A stretch of 24,317 nucleotides of DNA from contig JAYENL010000247.1 in the NCBI GenBank assembly GCA_034722055.1, forward strand, positions 1 to 24,317, written 5' to 3'. Below, in pieces: positions 15,109-22,950 of the stretch; the first letter of the stretch is position 1, and each line of letters begins with the position of its first letter. Made by a program: the position numbers and the translations under genes. This DNA is from Armatimonadota bacterium (GTDB lineage: Bacteria; Armatimonadota; Zipacnadia; Zipacnadales; UBA5352). The notes under the pieces were generated by a model. The model had not been told where the DNA came from, ran no database searches, and was given only the letters and a program-made list of their open reading frames with translations.

Positions 15109-18012
15109 TCAGCGCCCATAGTCCAGCGCGACCCGGGTTACCCGGGGCGTGCGACAGCCCCACAGCGCCCCCAGCGCCAGCCGATACTGCACCCAGCGGT
15201 CCTGCTCCATGCCCTGGACTCTCGCGCCGTTCTCGAACCAGGCGCCCTCGCGCGGGCCCTGCCACAGGGCCCGCTCCAGGCCCTCCTCGCTGCCCGCGAA
15301 GCGCAGTTGGGCCTTCACCCACGTCCTGTCAGGCACCTCGGCGTCCCAGCGCACGCGCCTGACCGTGGCGCCGGGCGGCAGCCGGAAGGGGGCCGAGACG
15401 TAGTACTCCTCGTGGCCCCTGTCGCGCTGATTGCCGGCATCCACCACGTAGGTGCCGTGCGGGCCCTTGGTGGGCAGCTCCGTGACGTTGTCCCTCGAGA
15501 AGCCGGTGCCGTCGTTCCACCACACGAAGGACCGGCCGACGTGGTCCTTCCACATCTTGTGGTTGGCGATGAACAGGTCCACCGTGCCGCTGCCGTCGAA
15601 ATCGGCGGCCACGGCTCCCGACGCTGAGTGGCAGGGCAGCCGTGTGACGTCCGACCGCGAGAACGTGCCGTCCTCCTGACCCCAGTAGATGTAGGAGTCG
15701 ATATCGCGCTGCGTCCCGCTGTGGTAGTTGCAGACCACCAGGTCCAGCCTGCCATCCCCGTCCAGGTCCGCTACCGCGAGGGCGTTCACCCCGTAGCTGG
15801 TCAGCAGCATCCGCCGGTCCTCGCGAAGCCCCTCCGGCCCGTTCCAGTAGACGTGCACGAAGGAGTCGTGCGGCTCGCTCCGTGAGGGAGCGTGGCCGCC
15901 GATCATCAGGTCCAGGTAGCCGTTGCCCGTGAGGTCCGCGGCCTGGGCGTAGGCCCCGTGGAACACGGAGAGCATCTGCCGATTCTCGATGGAGAAGCCC
16001 TGCGGTGAGCCCCACAGGATCATGCTGCGGTCGGCGGCGATTTGCGGAATGACGAGGTCCAGCCACCCGTCGTTGTCCAGATCGGCGGTGTAGATCCAGC
16101 GCGGCTGATCGTAGGTGACGCCATCGATCTCCATGCGGATGCGCTGGGGGTTCTCGGCGTCGAACCCCTGGGGGCCGCCGGGGAAGATCAGCAGATCAGG
16201 GAAGTTGAACCCGCCGAAGATCAGGTCGAGGTAGCCGTCGCGGTTGAAGTCCGCGCAGACGACGCCGTGCGCTCGCGTGGTGTCAAGGGCGATGTCGGGG
16301 TCGTAGGAGCAGCCCTCCGGACCACCGAGGAACACGAAGGAGCCCGGGTCGAGGTTGATGGCGTTCTCGGAGCAGTTGGCGAGGATGGCATCGGGATAGC
16401 CGTCGTCATCAACGTCGCAGACCGCGGCGGCCACGGCGTCCCGGCCGCTGAGGTTCGTCCTCCTCTCGGGGTCGAAGCCCTGCGGGCCGCCGTGATAGAT
16501 GACCGGATCGACGTCGCCGGTCGCCCCGCGAGCCGCCCGGTTGGCGAAGATCACCTGCGGCAGAGGATCGTCTGAGGTCCGCCCGATCACGGCGCGCCGG
16601 GCGTCGTGACTGGTCAGCCGCACGGGCTCCTGCGCTACGCCGTCGGGTCCGCCGGCGAACACCAGGGATTCAGACGTAAAGGACTCCGCGGTGTGCCCCC
16701 TGCAGATGACCACGTCGTCATAGCCGTCGGCGTCAAGATCGCCGACCGCGACGTCCGTGGCGTGCGATCCCGGCAGGGCCTGGCGCCTCTCATCGCTGAA
16801 GCCGTCCGCTCCGCCCCAGTACACCCATGAGCACTGCTCGCCCTCGTGGTCGCTGCGCGCCGCTACCGCCAGGTCCGGGTGGCCGTCGCCATTGACGTCG
16901 CCGATGTCCACCGCCAGAGACAGCGGCACGCTGAGGGTCAGGGCCTCCCCGAAGCTTCGATCGGGCATGACCGGCAGCAGCGCCAGGTACGTGTCGTGAG
17001 AGATAAAGAGGTGCGGGACATTGCCGAGGGATATGATCCGGGCCAGCGGCCGGATCGCCGTCGCCGCCTCCGCCTCACTGGTGGTCAGCTCCTGCTCCAC
17101 GCCAGTCACGCCCACCTCAGTGGGCACATCCGAGGCCCGCTCGGGGTCGAGTCCCTCCGCGCCGCCCCACAGGATCCTCGCCTCGCCTCCCCCGCCCAGC
17201 ACCACCAGGTCCGCGCAGCCGTCCGCGTCGATGTCCGCGGCCGTCATCTGCTCGCACCTCACGCCCAGGTCCGCATGGCGCTTGGGCTCGAAGCCCAGGT
17301 CGGTCTGGGAGAAGATCCGAAGCCGACCGTGGGTCGTGAAGGCCAGGTCCAGCCAGCCGTCGCCGGTGAAGTCGCCCGCCGCCACCGAGGTGCTCCTGGG
17401 CACGGGCAGGCGCTGGTGCAGCGCCTCAGTGAGGCCATCCGGCGACCCGTAGTAGATGATGGCGTTGAGGTCATGCCGGATGCCATCATAGACGCGCGAG
17501 AGCACCAGGTCGTCGTAGCCGTCGCCGTTGAGGTCGGCCAGCTCGGCGAAGACGGCGCCCTCGGCGGGCAGCTCTCGCCTGCGGGTCTCTCCCAGCACAT
17601 CCTGGTAGACGTACGTGGGCGGGCTCTCGGAGTGGTCCTGGCTGTTGCAGACCAGCAGATCCACGTACCCGTCGTCATCCAGGTCGAAGTGGTGTATCCG
17701 CTGCAGTACGCCGGCGCGGGAGACATACAGGTTCTGACCGCTGTTGCCGAAGCGCCCCTGGGAGAATCCCTCGAATCCGGAGGTCACCCACTGCTCGGTG
17801 TCAGGCATCGTGGCTCTCCTCGCTGCGATCCGGTGATGGCCCCGCTGTATCTGCCACGCCGCGGCTCCTCGCTCGGCCTCCTCGGCCAGTGCCGGCACCA
17901 GCACCCACACACTCAGCAGCGCCGCCAGCATCGGCCACACGACCGCCAGGCTCCGCCGGGACAATCGATCGCGGGGACTGCTCGGGACTGGACGGTGCCT
18001 CCGCTGCATCAC
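15109..18012 (-). CDS. FG-GAP/VCBS repeat protein, probable double 7-bladed Ca-binding beta-propeller (967 aa with signal peptide, 899 aa from internal ATG 17808)
   Basis: 12 clear DxDxDG-like Ca-loop motifs (DLDDDGYVDL, DLNGDGYDDL, DFTGDGWLDL ... DFDGSGTVDL) plus two degenerate ones, with repeated (I/V)YWGxxxG. Two plausible starts: GTG 18012/ATG 18009 with SD GGGGAG and a signal peptide, or ATG 17808 with SD GAGGAG. Confidence 0.85.
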   Translation of the reverse strand: MMQRRHRPVPSSPRDRLSRRSLAVVWPMLAALLSVWVLVPALAEEAERGAAAWQIQRGHHRIAARRATMPDTEQWVTSGFEGFSQGRFGNSGQNLYVSRAGVLQRIHHFDLDDDGYVDLLVCNSQDHSESPPTYVYQDVLGETRRRELPAEGAVFAELADLNGDGYDDLVLSRVYDGIRHDLNAIIYYGSPDGLTEALHQRLPVPRSTSVAAGDFTGDGWLDLAFTTHGRLRIFSQTDLGFEPKRHADLGVRCEQMTAADIDADGCADLVVLGGGGEARILWGGAEGLDPERASDVPTEVGVTGVEQELTTSEAEAATAIRPLARIISLGNVPHLFISHDTYLALLPVMPDRSFGEALTLSVPLSLAVDIGDVNGDGHPDLAVAARSDHEGEQCSWVYWGGADGFSDERRQALPGSHATDVAVGDLDADGYDDVVICRGHTAESFTSESLVFAGGPDGVAQEPVRLTSHDARRAVIGRTSDDPLPQVIFANRAARGATGDVDPVIYHGGPQGFDPERRTNLSGRDAVAAAVCDVDDDGYPDAILANCSENAINLDPGSFVFLGGPEGCSYDPDIALDTTRAHGVVCADFNRDGYLDLIFGGFNFPDLLIFPGGPQGFDAENPQRIRMEIDGVTYDQPRWIYTADLDNDGWLDLVIPQIAADRSMILWGSPQGFSIENRQMLSVFHGAYAQAADLTGNGYLDLMIGGHAPSRSEPHDSFVHVYWNGPEGLREDRRMLLTSYGVNALAVADLDGDGRLDLVVCNYHSGTQRDIDSYIYWGQEDGTFSRSDVTRLPCHSASGAVAADFDGSGTVDLFIANHKMWKDHVGRSFVWWNDGTGFSRDNVTELPTKGPHGTYVVDAGNQRDRGHEEYYVSAPFRLPPGATVRRVRWDAEVPDRTWVKAQLRFAGSEEGLERALWQGPREGAWFENGARVQGMEQDRWVQYRLALGALWGCRTPRVTRVALDYGR

Positions 18013-18042
18013 GCGCTACTCCCCTGGTCTCAGAGGGCATCG

Positions 18043-18066
18043 GCACCCGGGGGCGTGCCCGGGTGC
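18043..18066. other. Intergenic 9-bp stem-loop (mRNA stabiliser, processing site or weak terminator)
   Basis: GCACCCGGG(18043-18051)-GGCGTG-CCCGGGTGC(18058-18066). No U-tract on either side. Confidence 0.4.
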
Positions 18067-18097
18067 AGCGCTCGAGCCCGTGGGCATCAGGTGCGGG

Positions 18098-19126
18098 CTA
18101 CACCAGGCCGATCTCCTCCAGCATCCCCCTCAGCTCCGCGACCTGCTCGTCGGTGAGACTGTAGAGGGGCTTGCGGTGCCAGCGCTGAGCGATGCCGTAG
18201 ATCTCCAGCGCCGCGTGCATGCCTGGCCGGAAGCCGGGGAAGGACAGGACGGCCTTGAAGAAGGGCTGATCGTAGGTGTCCACGATCTCCTGCGCCCGGT
18301 CCAGGTCCTCGGCCTCGATGGCCGCCCAATACCGGTCGGAGATGTCCGGGTTCAGCATCCGGAAGACGTCCATGAAGCCGTCGCAGCCGTAGGGCAGTGT
18401 GAAGAGGTGGTTCTTCATCTGTCCGCCCGACATCACCGCCCACTCGTCGTGCACCAGCGGCGCGATCTGGGTGATGAACTCCCCGATGAGGTCGTCCTTC
18501 ATGGCCATGACTCCGTCCACCTGGTCGCGCACCATCTCGATGGTCCGGCGGTTGAAATCCATCTCGTCGCGCTTGAAGACGTTCGTGACCACCATCACCG
18601 GGATGTGGCGGGCGACCTCGCGGTAGTACTGCACATAGGCCTCCGGCTCCACGACGCCTCCGGGCGGCCTCGCCATCAGCATGTCGGCGCCTATCTCCCG
18701 AACGCGCCTGGCCCACTGGATCTCCCGGTCCAGCCACCAGCTCTTGTCCGCAGCCACCACCATGGCCCGGCCGGCGGTCTGCTCCACAGTGATGCGCGTG
18801 ACCCGATCGGCCTCGTCATCGGTCAGGATGTTGAACATGCTGTCGCCGGCGGTGAGGATGATGCTCCGGCTGCCGTTGTCGATATCCCGGTCGATCATCC
18901 CCCGCAGGCTCCGCTCATCGATCTCCCCCTCCCGGGTGAAGGGCATGAAGATCGACGTCACCGGCCCCGTCAGGTGATGGCGCACCTCTTCAGGCGTCAT
19001 CATGCTTCGCCCGCTCCTCGCCGCAGGCGCCGCCCTCCAGGTGCCCAGCGTCGCTCCCAGGACGCCGGCGCCCGCCATCGCTGTGGTTCGCAAAAAGTCC
19101 CGTCTTCCCATCTCTCCATGGCTCAC
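18098..19126 (-). CDS. DHDPS/N-acetylneuraminate lyase family class I aldolase with a twin-arginine (Tat) signal peptide, 342 aa
   Basis: GPVTSIFMPFTREGEID (DapA-like N-terminus), TAGDS in place of GTTGE, GADMLMARPP, YYREVA and the Schiff-base Lys in VMAMKDD. N-terminus is MGRRDFLRTTAMAGAGVLG...APA. SD GAGGTG (19135-19140). Alternative start is ATG 19111. Confidence 0.85.
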   Translation of the reverse strand: MSHGEMGRRDFLRTTAMAGAGVLGATLGTWRAAPAARSGRSMMTPEEVRHHLTGPVTSIFMPFTREGEIDERSLRGMIDRDIDNGSRSIILTAGDSMFNILTDDEADRVTRITVEQTAGRAMVVAADKSWWLDREIQWARRVREIGADMLMARPPGGVVEPEAYVQYYREVARHIPVMVVTNVFKRDEMDFNRRTIEMVRDQVDGVMAMKDDLIGEFITQIAPLVHDEWAVMSGGQMKNHLFTLPYGCDGFMDVFRMLNPDISDRYWAAIEAEDLDRAQEIVDTYDQPFFKAVLSFPGFRPGMHAALEIYGIAQRWHRKPLYSLTDEQVAELRGMLEEIGLV

Positions 19127-19164
19127 CTCGGCATCACCTCTTGACCGCCGATACGGTTCCGGCG

Positions 19165-20496
19165 CTACTCGCTCAGCGGCACAATGTGCCGATCGACCGC
19201 CACGTTCATGCTGCCCTTGTAGTGGCGCGTAAGGACCACCAGAGCGTTGCGGATGGGGTCCTCGTAAACCCAGTGATTCACGTACTGCGCGCCCTTCGGA
19301 TCATCGCCGTGCCGGTCAACCACCTCCGTGACGGCGTCTCTCTGGACCAGAGCCGTCTCCGGGTCTACCTCCGCCACCACCACCGGGTAGCGGGGCCAGT
19401 TGCCCGACGGCGGCTCCCCGGCGATGACGCCGCAGTAGAACACCCTCCCGTCGCTGACACGGATCAGCAGCGACAGCGACGAGCTTGAGGGCATCGGAGA
19501 GAGATCGTCGAAGAGCAGGGGGCAGGGCCGCGACCAGGTCGTCCCCTGGTCGTGCGAGACGCTCTGGAACTTCACGCCCCTCACGCCCTGCAGGCCGGCG
19601 TTGCTGCCACGCATGACCATGACCATCCTGCCATCGGGCAGCTCCGCGACCGAGGGCTCGAAGACCCCGCGAGAGGACACCTTCGGCGACACGCCGACGT
19701 GGTTGCTGCAGTCCCAGCGCAGGTCGGTGAGGTCGTCGTTCCACTCGCCGATGAGGCAGCCGCTGTGCATGTAGCCGCCGCCGGTCGGCATATAGAGCTC
19801 GCCGCTGTGGTCAACCTGCTGGGTCTGGAGGGGCAGCAGGATCTTGCCCTCATTCGGACCCTCGCCCCGCACCCTGATGGCTCTGCTGGCGATGATGCAG
19901 GCCATGTTGCGTCCGTAGACCGCGCCCTCCATCCAGTGCTGCTCGTCGAAGGGCCGCCCCTGGCTGTCTCGACCGCCCTGGATGAGCTGGTGGCGATCGC
20001 TCCAGGTCAGGCCGTTGTCGGCCGAGATGCGGTAGACGATGCGCCGCTTCCGCCAGGTGGAGGCCAGCCTGTTGCTCTCGTAGCACAGCTTCTGGGCGAA
20101 GAACACCATCCGCCCGTTTTCGGGATCGGCGAACAGCGACCCGGTGCCGAACTTGATGTAGTCATCGCCCTCCCGATACATCTCCTCCAGCGGCTCGAAC
20201 TGGCTCCAGGTCTCTCCGTTGTCGCTGGAGCGCCGGATGAGGATCTTCGTGAAGCTGTCGCTCACGTCCATGACGCTGACGACCTGCACCAGGTCGCCGA
20301 AGCCCGGCGCCTCCTCGTTCGTGGCGTAGACTGTGCTGGGGTTGAAGTAGCCGCCCTCCCCCTCCGGGACGATGTAGTCCTCAGTGGTCTGGACCTCGGC
20401 CGAGGCGCTCATGGTCAGCAGCACCATCCCGAGCAAAAGCCATCGCCGCACGGCTGTCACCATCATGTAAGCACGTCCCGAAGGGGCCATCGTCAC
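19165..20496 (-). CDS. Secreted sialidase-fold (BNR/Asp-box) protein, 433-443 aa
   Basis: Asp-boxes SSDNGETW, SADNGLTW and SHDQGTTW. Motifs SRGVFEPSV, MVMRGSN and NWPRYP. Signal peptide RRWLLLGMVLLTMSASA|EV. GTG 20496 overlaps the upstream small-ORF stop (GTGA). Alternative start is ATG 20466. Confidence 0.82.
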   Translation of the reverse strand: MTMAPSGRAYMMVTAVRRWLLLGMVLLTMSASAEVQTTEDYIVPEGEGGYFNPSTVYATNEEAPGFGDLVQVVSVMDVSDSFTKILIRRSSDNGETWSQFEPLEEMYREGDDYIKFGTGSLFADPENGRMVFFAQKLCYESNRLASTWRKRRIVYRISADNGLTWSDRHQLIQGGRDSQGRPFDEQHWMEGAVYGRNMACIIASRAIRVRGEGPNEGKILLPLQTQQVDHSGELYMPTGGGYMHSGCLIGEWNDDLTDLRWDCSNHVGVSPKVSSRGVFEPSVAELPDGRMVMVMRGSNAGLQGVRGVKFQSVSHDQGTTWSRPCPLLFDDLSPMPSSSSLSLLIRVSDGRVFYCGVIAGEPPSGNWPRYPVVVAEVDPETALVQRDAVTEVVDRHGDDPKGAQYVNHWVYEDPIRNALVVLTRHYKGSMNVAVDRHIVPLSE

Positions 20497-20648
20497 CGGT
20501 CGAGCCCCATCATGCGGCGCACGTTCACGCTGGTGTCCATCGCGCCCTCAGGCAGCTCATCGCCGGAGAACGACATCGTCTGCTGCGCCGCGGCCGAGCC
20601 CGCCGCGATCGCTGTCGCCAGGAATACTGTCAGTGCACCCACACGCAT
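20493..20648 (-). CDS. 51-aa small ORF with a signal peptide (small secreted peptide or 5' remnant of a deleted gene)
   Basis: My translation is MRVGALTVFLATAIAAGSAAA|QQTMSFSGDELPEGAMDTSVNVRRMMGLDR*. SD-like GGAGGA (20661-20666) and GAGGAGG (20649-20655) lie upstream. Third codon positions are GC-rich. The stop overlaps the next start. It is below the ORF-track size cutoff. Confidence 0.6.
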   Translation of the reverse strand: MRVGALTVFLATAIAAGSAAAQQTMSFSGDELPEGAMDTSVNVRRMMGLDR

Positions 20649-20720
20649 CCTCCTCGCGTATCCTCCGGAGGTCAGCTTGCCAGGGCGGTGAAGCTCAGTG
20701 TTGATCGGAATCTCAGGGTC

Positions 20721-21668
20721 TCAGCCGCCCCCGCTCTCCCAGGGGAAGAGCACATCGCGCTCCTCCCGCAGCACGCGCTCAATGCGCTCCTCGCACTCGG
20801 GCGTCAGGTCGTAGTCCAGCAGCAGATTGTCGGTGCCGAAGATCCCCATGCGCACCAGCAGGTGCTTGAGCCCCCGCAGCCAGCAGGTGATCTCCTTCCC
20901 GCCGTAGACGTCCCACATCAGCTCGTTCATGCGCTCCTGCAGCGCGTTGGCCCGGTCGATGTCACCCTCGTTGACGGCCTCAATGATCTGGCTGGCGATA
21001 AAGCCGTTGAAGATGCCGCCGCCGAGGGTCAGGCCGTCGTAGCCGGCGTCCAGGTAGGTAACACAGTCGAACTCATCACCGGTCATGATGCGCAGGTCGG
21101 GACGCCCCTCGCGGACCTCCAGCGCCGCCTCGCGACGCTCCGGGTCCCCGGAGCTGTCCTTGAGGATAACGACCCTCTCCTGGGCGAGGGCGTCGGTGAT
21201 GACCTCGCCGGGGATCTCGATGAGGTCATGCTGGCCGCGGTCGTAGATGCCCATGGGCAGGGGGCTGCCCTCAATGGCCTCCAGGTACAGCTCCCGCAGG
21301 GTCTCAGGGGTGGGCCTGAAGACCTTGAACGGGGCGGCCATGACGGCGATGTCCGCGCCCTCCTCCGCCGCCATCTCCGCGTTCTCAATGATCCGCAGCG
21401 CGGAGTTGTCGGTCACCTGCGCGCCGATGGTCAGCCGCCCATCGTTGTATGCGCACACCTCGCGCACCAGGTCCCGGTGCAGGCGGCGGGGCAGCCACGG
21501 GCCCTCGCCGCAGGTCCCAAGCAGGAAGAGACCCGTGACGCCCAGCTTGAGGTGGTGGTCAACCAGGTGCCGCGCGGCCTCCACGTCGATCTCCATGTCC
21601 TCGGTCAGCGGCGTGGGGGTCGCCGACCACAGCGGATGTGTCGCAAGCTGTAGTGCCTCTGCGTCCAT
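20721..21668 (-). CDS. Cytoplasmic DHDPS/N-acetylneuraminate lyase family class I aldolase, 315 aa
   Basis: SD GGAGG/GAGG before ATG 21668. Motifs LWSATPTPL, GVTGLFLLGTCGEG, GADIAVMAAP, PMGIYD (catalytic Tyr), ILKDSSGD (Schiff-base Lys) and MTGDE. No signal peptide. Confidence 0.88.
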   Translation of the reverse strand: MDAEALQLATHPLWSATPTPLTEDMEIDVEAARHLVDHHLKLGVTGLFLLGTCGEGPWLPRRLHRDLVREVCAYNDGRLTIGAQVTDNSALRIIENAEMAAEEGADIAVMAAPFKVFRPTPETLRELYLEAIEGSPLPMGIYDRGQHDLIEIPGEVITDALAQERVVILKDSSGDPERREAALEVREGRPDLRIMTGDEFDCVTYLDAGYDGLTLGGGIFNGFIASQIIEAVNEGDIDRANALQERMNELMWDVYGGKEITCWLRGLKHLLVRMGIFGTDNLLLDYDLTPECEERIERVLREERDVLFPWESGGG

Positions 21669-21978
21669 TGTCCTCAACCTCCGGGGGAGAGCAGCTTTCT
21701 CGGACAGCGCAATGGCCTCCGGCGCCGGATCGTCCGCGCGCTGCTCGCCGAACCTCCGGCGCTCAGTGTCAGCGGCCATATATGCCGCGCGGCACTGATT
21801 CTCCTCCCTCGACAGCGGGACGGCGGACATGCTCGGCTGTGGACCCGGCCCCGACAGGGTAACCCGGCCGCTGCCGGGGTGATGTTTTTCATCCACAAGG
21901 ACTTCGCTGTCGGCGCGGCGAACAGCACCGCCGCCACCCGGTACACCGCACGCACCATGTATCATGGGAGGGTTTGCC
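21669..21978. promoter_or_regulatory. Divergent promoter region with candidate operator palindromes
   Basis: A 310-nt gap between head-to-head genes. It contains GCGGC-CATATATG-CCGC (21772-21788), GATG-TTTTT-CATC (21881-21893) and CCATG-TAT-CATGG (21955-21967). Confidence 0.5.
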
Positions 21979-22911
21979 ATGGCCGGACCGGGCGGGACTG
22001 TCGAGCTGATATCAGTGCAGCGGATCTGGGACGAGGCGCCCCACAACGCCTTCACGGACCTCACGCGCTACCAAGAGCGCTGGTGGTGCACCTTCCGCGA
22101 GGGCGGTGCCCATGCCTCTGACTGGGGCAACCTGCGTGTCATCGTATCTGAGGACGGTGAGAGCTGGGACTCCGCGGCGCTGGTGGAGATGGAGGGCTTC
22201 GACCTGCGCGACCCGAAGCTCTCGGTCACTCCGGATGGGCTCCTGATGCTGCTGGCCGGGGCCAGGGACTGGCGCGAGGACGACCGCGGCCCGCTGACCA
22301 GCAATTCGTGGTTCTCCGACGACGGTCACCAGTGGCGCGGCCCGTGGGAGATCGCCGACGGGAATGTATGGCTGTGGCGCGTCACCTGGCACAAGGGCAC
22401 GGGCTGGGGCATGGGCTATGGATGCGGCGAGGGGCGCTTCGTGACCCTCTACCGCAGCCGCTGCGGGCGGGTGTTCGAGACAGTCGCCCCCAGGGCATAC
22501 GACGAGGGCTATCCGAATGAGACGAGGCTGCTGTTCCTGGACGACGATACGGCGCTCTGCCTGCTGCGAATGGACGGCGAGGGGGCCACGGCTCAGCTCG
22601 GCACCGCGACCCCGCCCTACGAGCAGTGGCAGTGGCAGGATCTGGGTGTGAAGCTGGGAGGCCCCGACATGATTCAGCTCCCCGACGGCCGCTTCCTGGC
22701 CGGCGGGCGGCTCTATGACGAGCCCGTCCGCACCTCCCTGCTGTGGCTGGACCCCGAGCAGGGAACGCTGACCGACATCCTGGACCTGCCGTCAGGCGGC
22801 GACACCAGCTACCCCGGCTTCGTCTATCACGATGGACTGGTGTGGATGAGCTACTACTCCTCGCATGAGGAGAGGACCAGCATCTACCTGGCGAGGCTTC
22901 GGGTGGACTGA
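21979..22911 (+). CDS. Cytoplasmic exo-alpha-sialidase-like beta-propeller protein (HNAFTDL type), 310 aa
   Basis: SD GGGAGGG (21966-21972). Motifs HNAFTDL, FREG, DLRDPKL, WLWRVTW, YPNET and GDTSYPG...MSYYSSHE. Short Asp-boxes SEDGESW and SDDGHQW. No signal peptide. Confidence 0.8.
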   Translation: MAGPGGTVELISVQRIWDEAPHNAFTDLTRYQERWWCTFREGGAHASDWGNLRVIVSEDGESWDSAALVEMEGFDLRDPKLSVTPDGLLMLLAGARDWREDDRGPLTSNSWFSDDGHQWRGPWEIADGNVWLWRVTWHKGTGWGMGYGCGEGRFVTLYRSRCGRVFETVAPRAYDEGYPNETRLLFLDDDTALCLLRMDGEGATAQLGTATPPYEQWQWQDLGVKLGGPDMIQLPDGRFLAGGRLYDEPVRTSLLWLDPEQGTLTDILDLPSGGDTSYPGFVYHDGLVWMSYYSSHEERTSIYLARLRVD

Positions 22912-22950
22912 GAAAGCCCCTGACGCCGGCCGACGGAGGAGCGCGTGTCA

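Noticed and set aside
15109..17808. Periodic nucleotide repeats (AGGTC...GCCGTC) suggestive of an array
   Set aside because: These are the codons of the FG-GAP DxDGDGxxDL protein repeats, not CRISPR or DNA-level repeats.
17945..18030. Resemblance to a yybP-ykoY (Mn2+) riboswitch (CCAGGGGAGTAGC...CCGGCGGAGCCTGG on the minus strand)
   Set aside because: The 3' GAGACC and the conserved L3 loop are not properly present. GGGGAG is adequately explained as the SD for the 18012/18009 start, and the downstream gene is not Mn-related. An Rfam scan would settle it.
4855..21865. GGTAACC dyads in two intergenic regions (near 4857 and 21858)
   Set aside because: The motif is short, similar sequences occur within coding DNA (near 15135), and the flanks differ.
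21669..22064. 132-codon N-terminal extension of the second aldolase
   Set aside because: It overlaps the divergent gene and has no domain character. A strong SD sits directly before ATG 21668.
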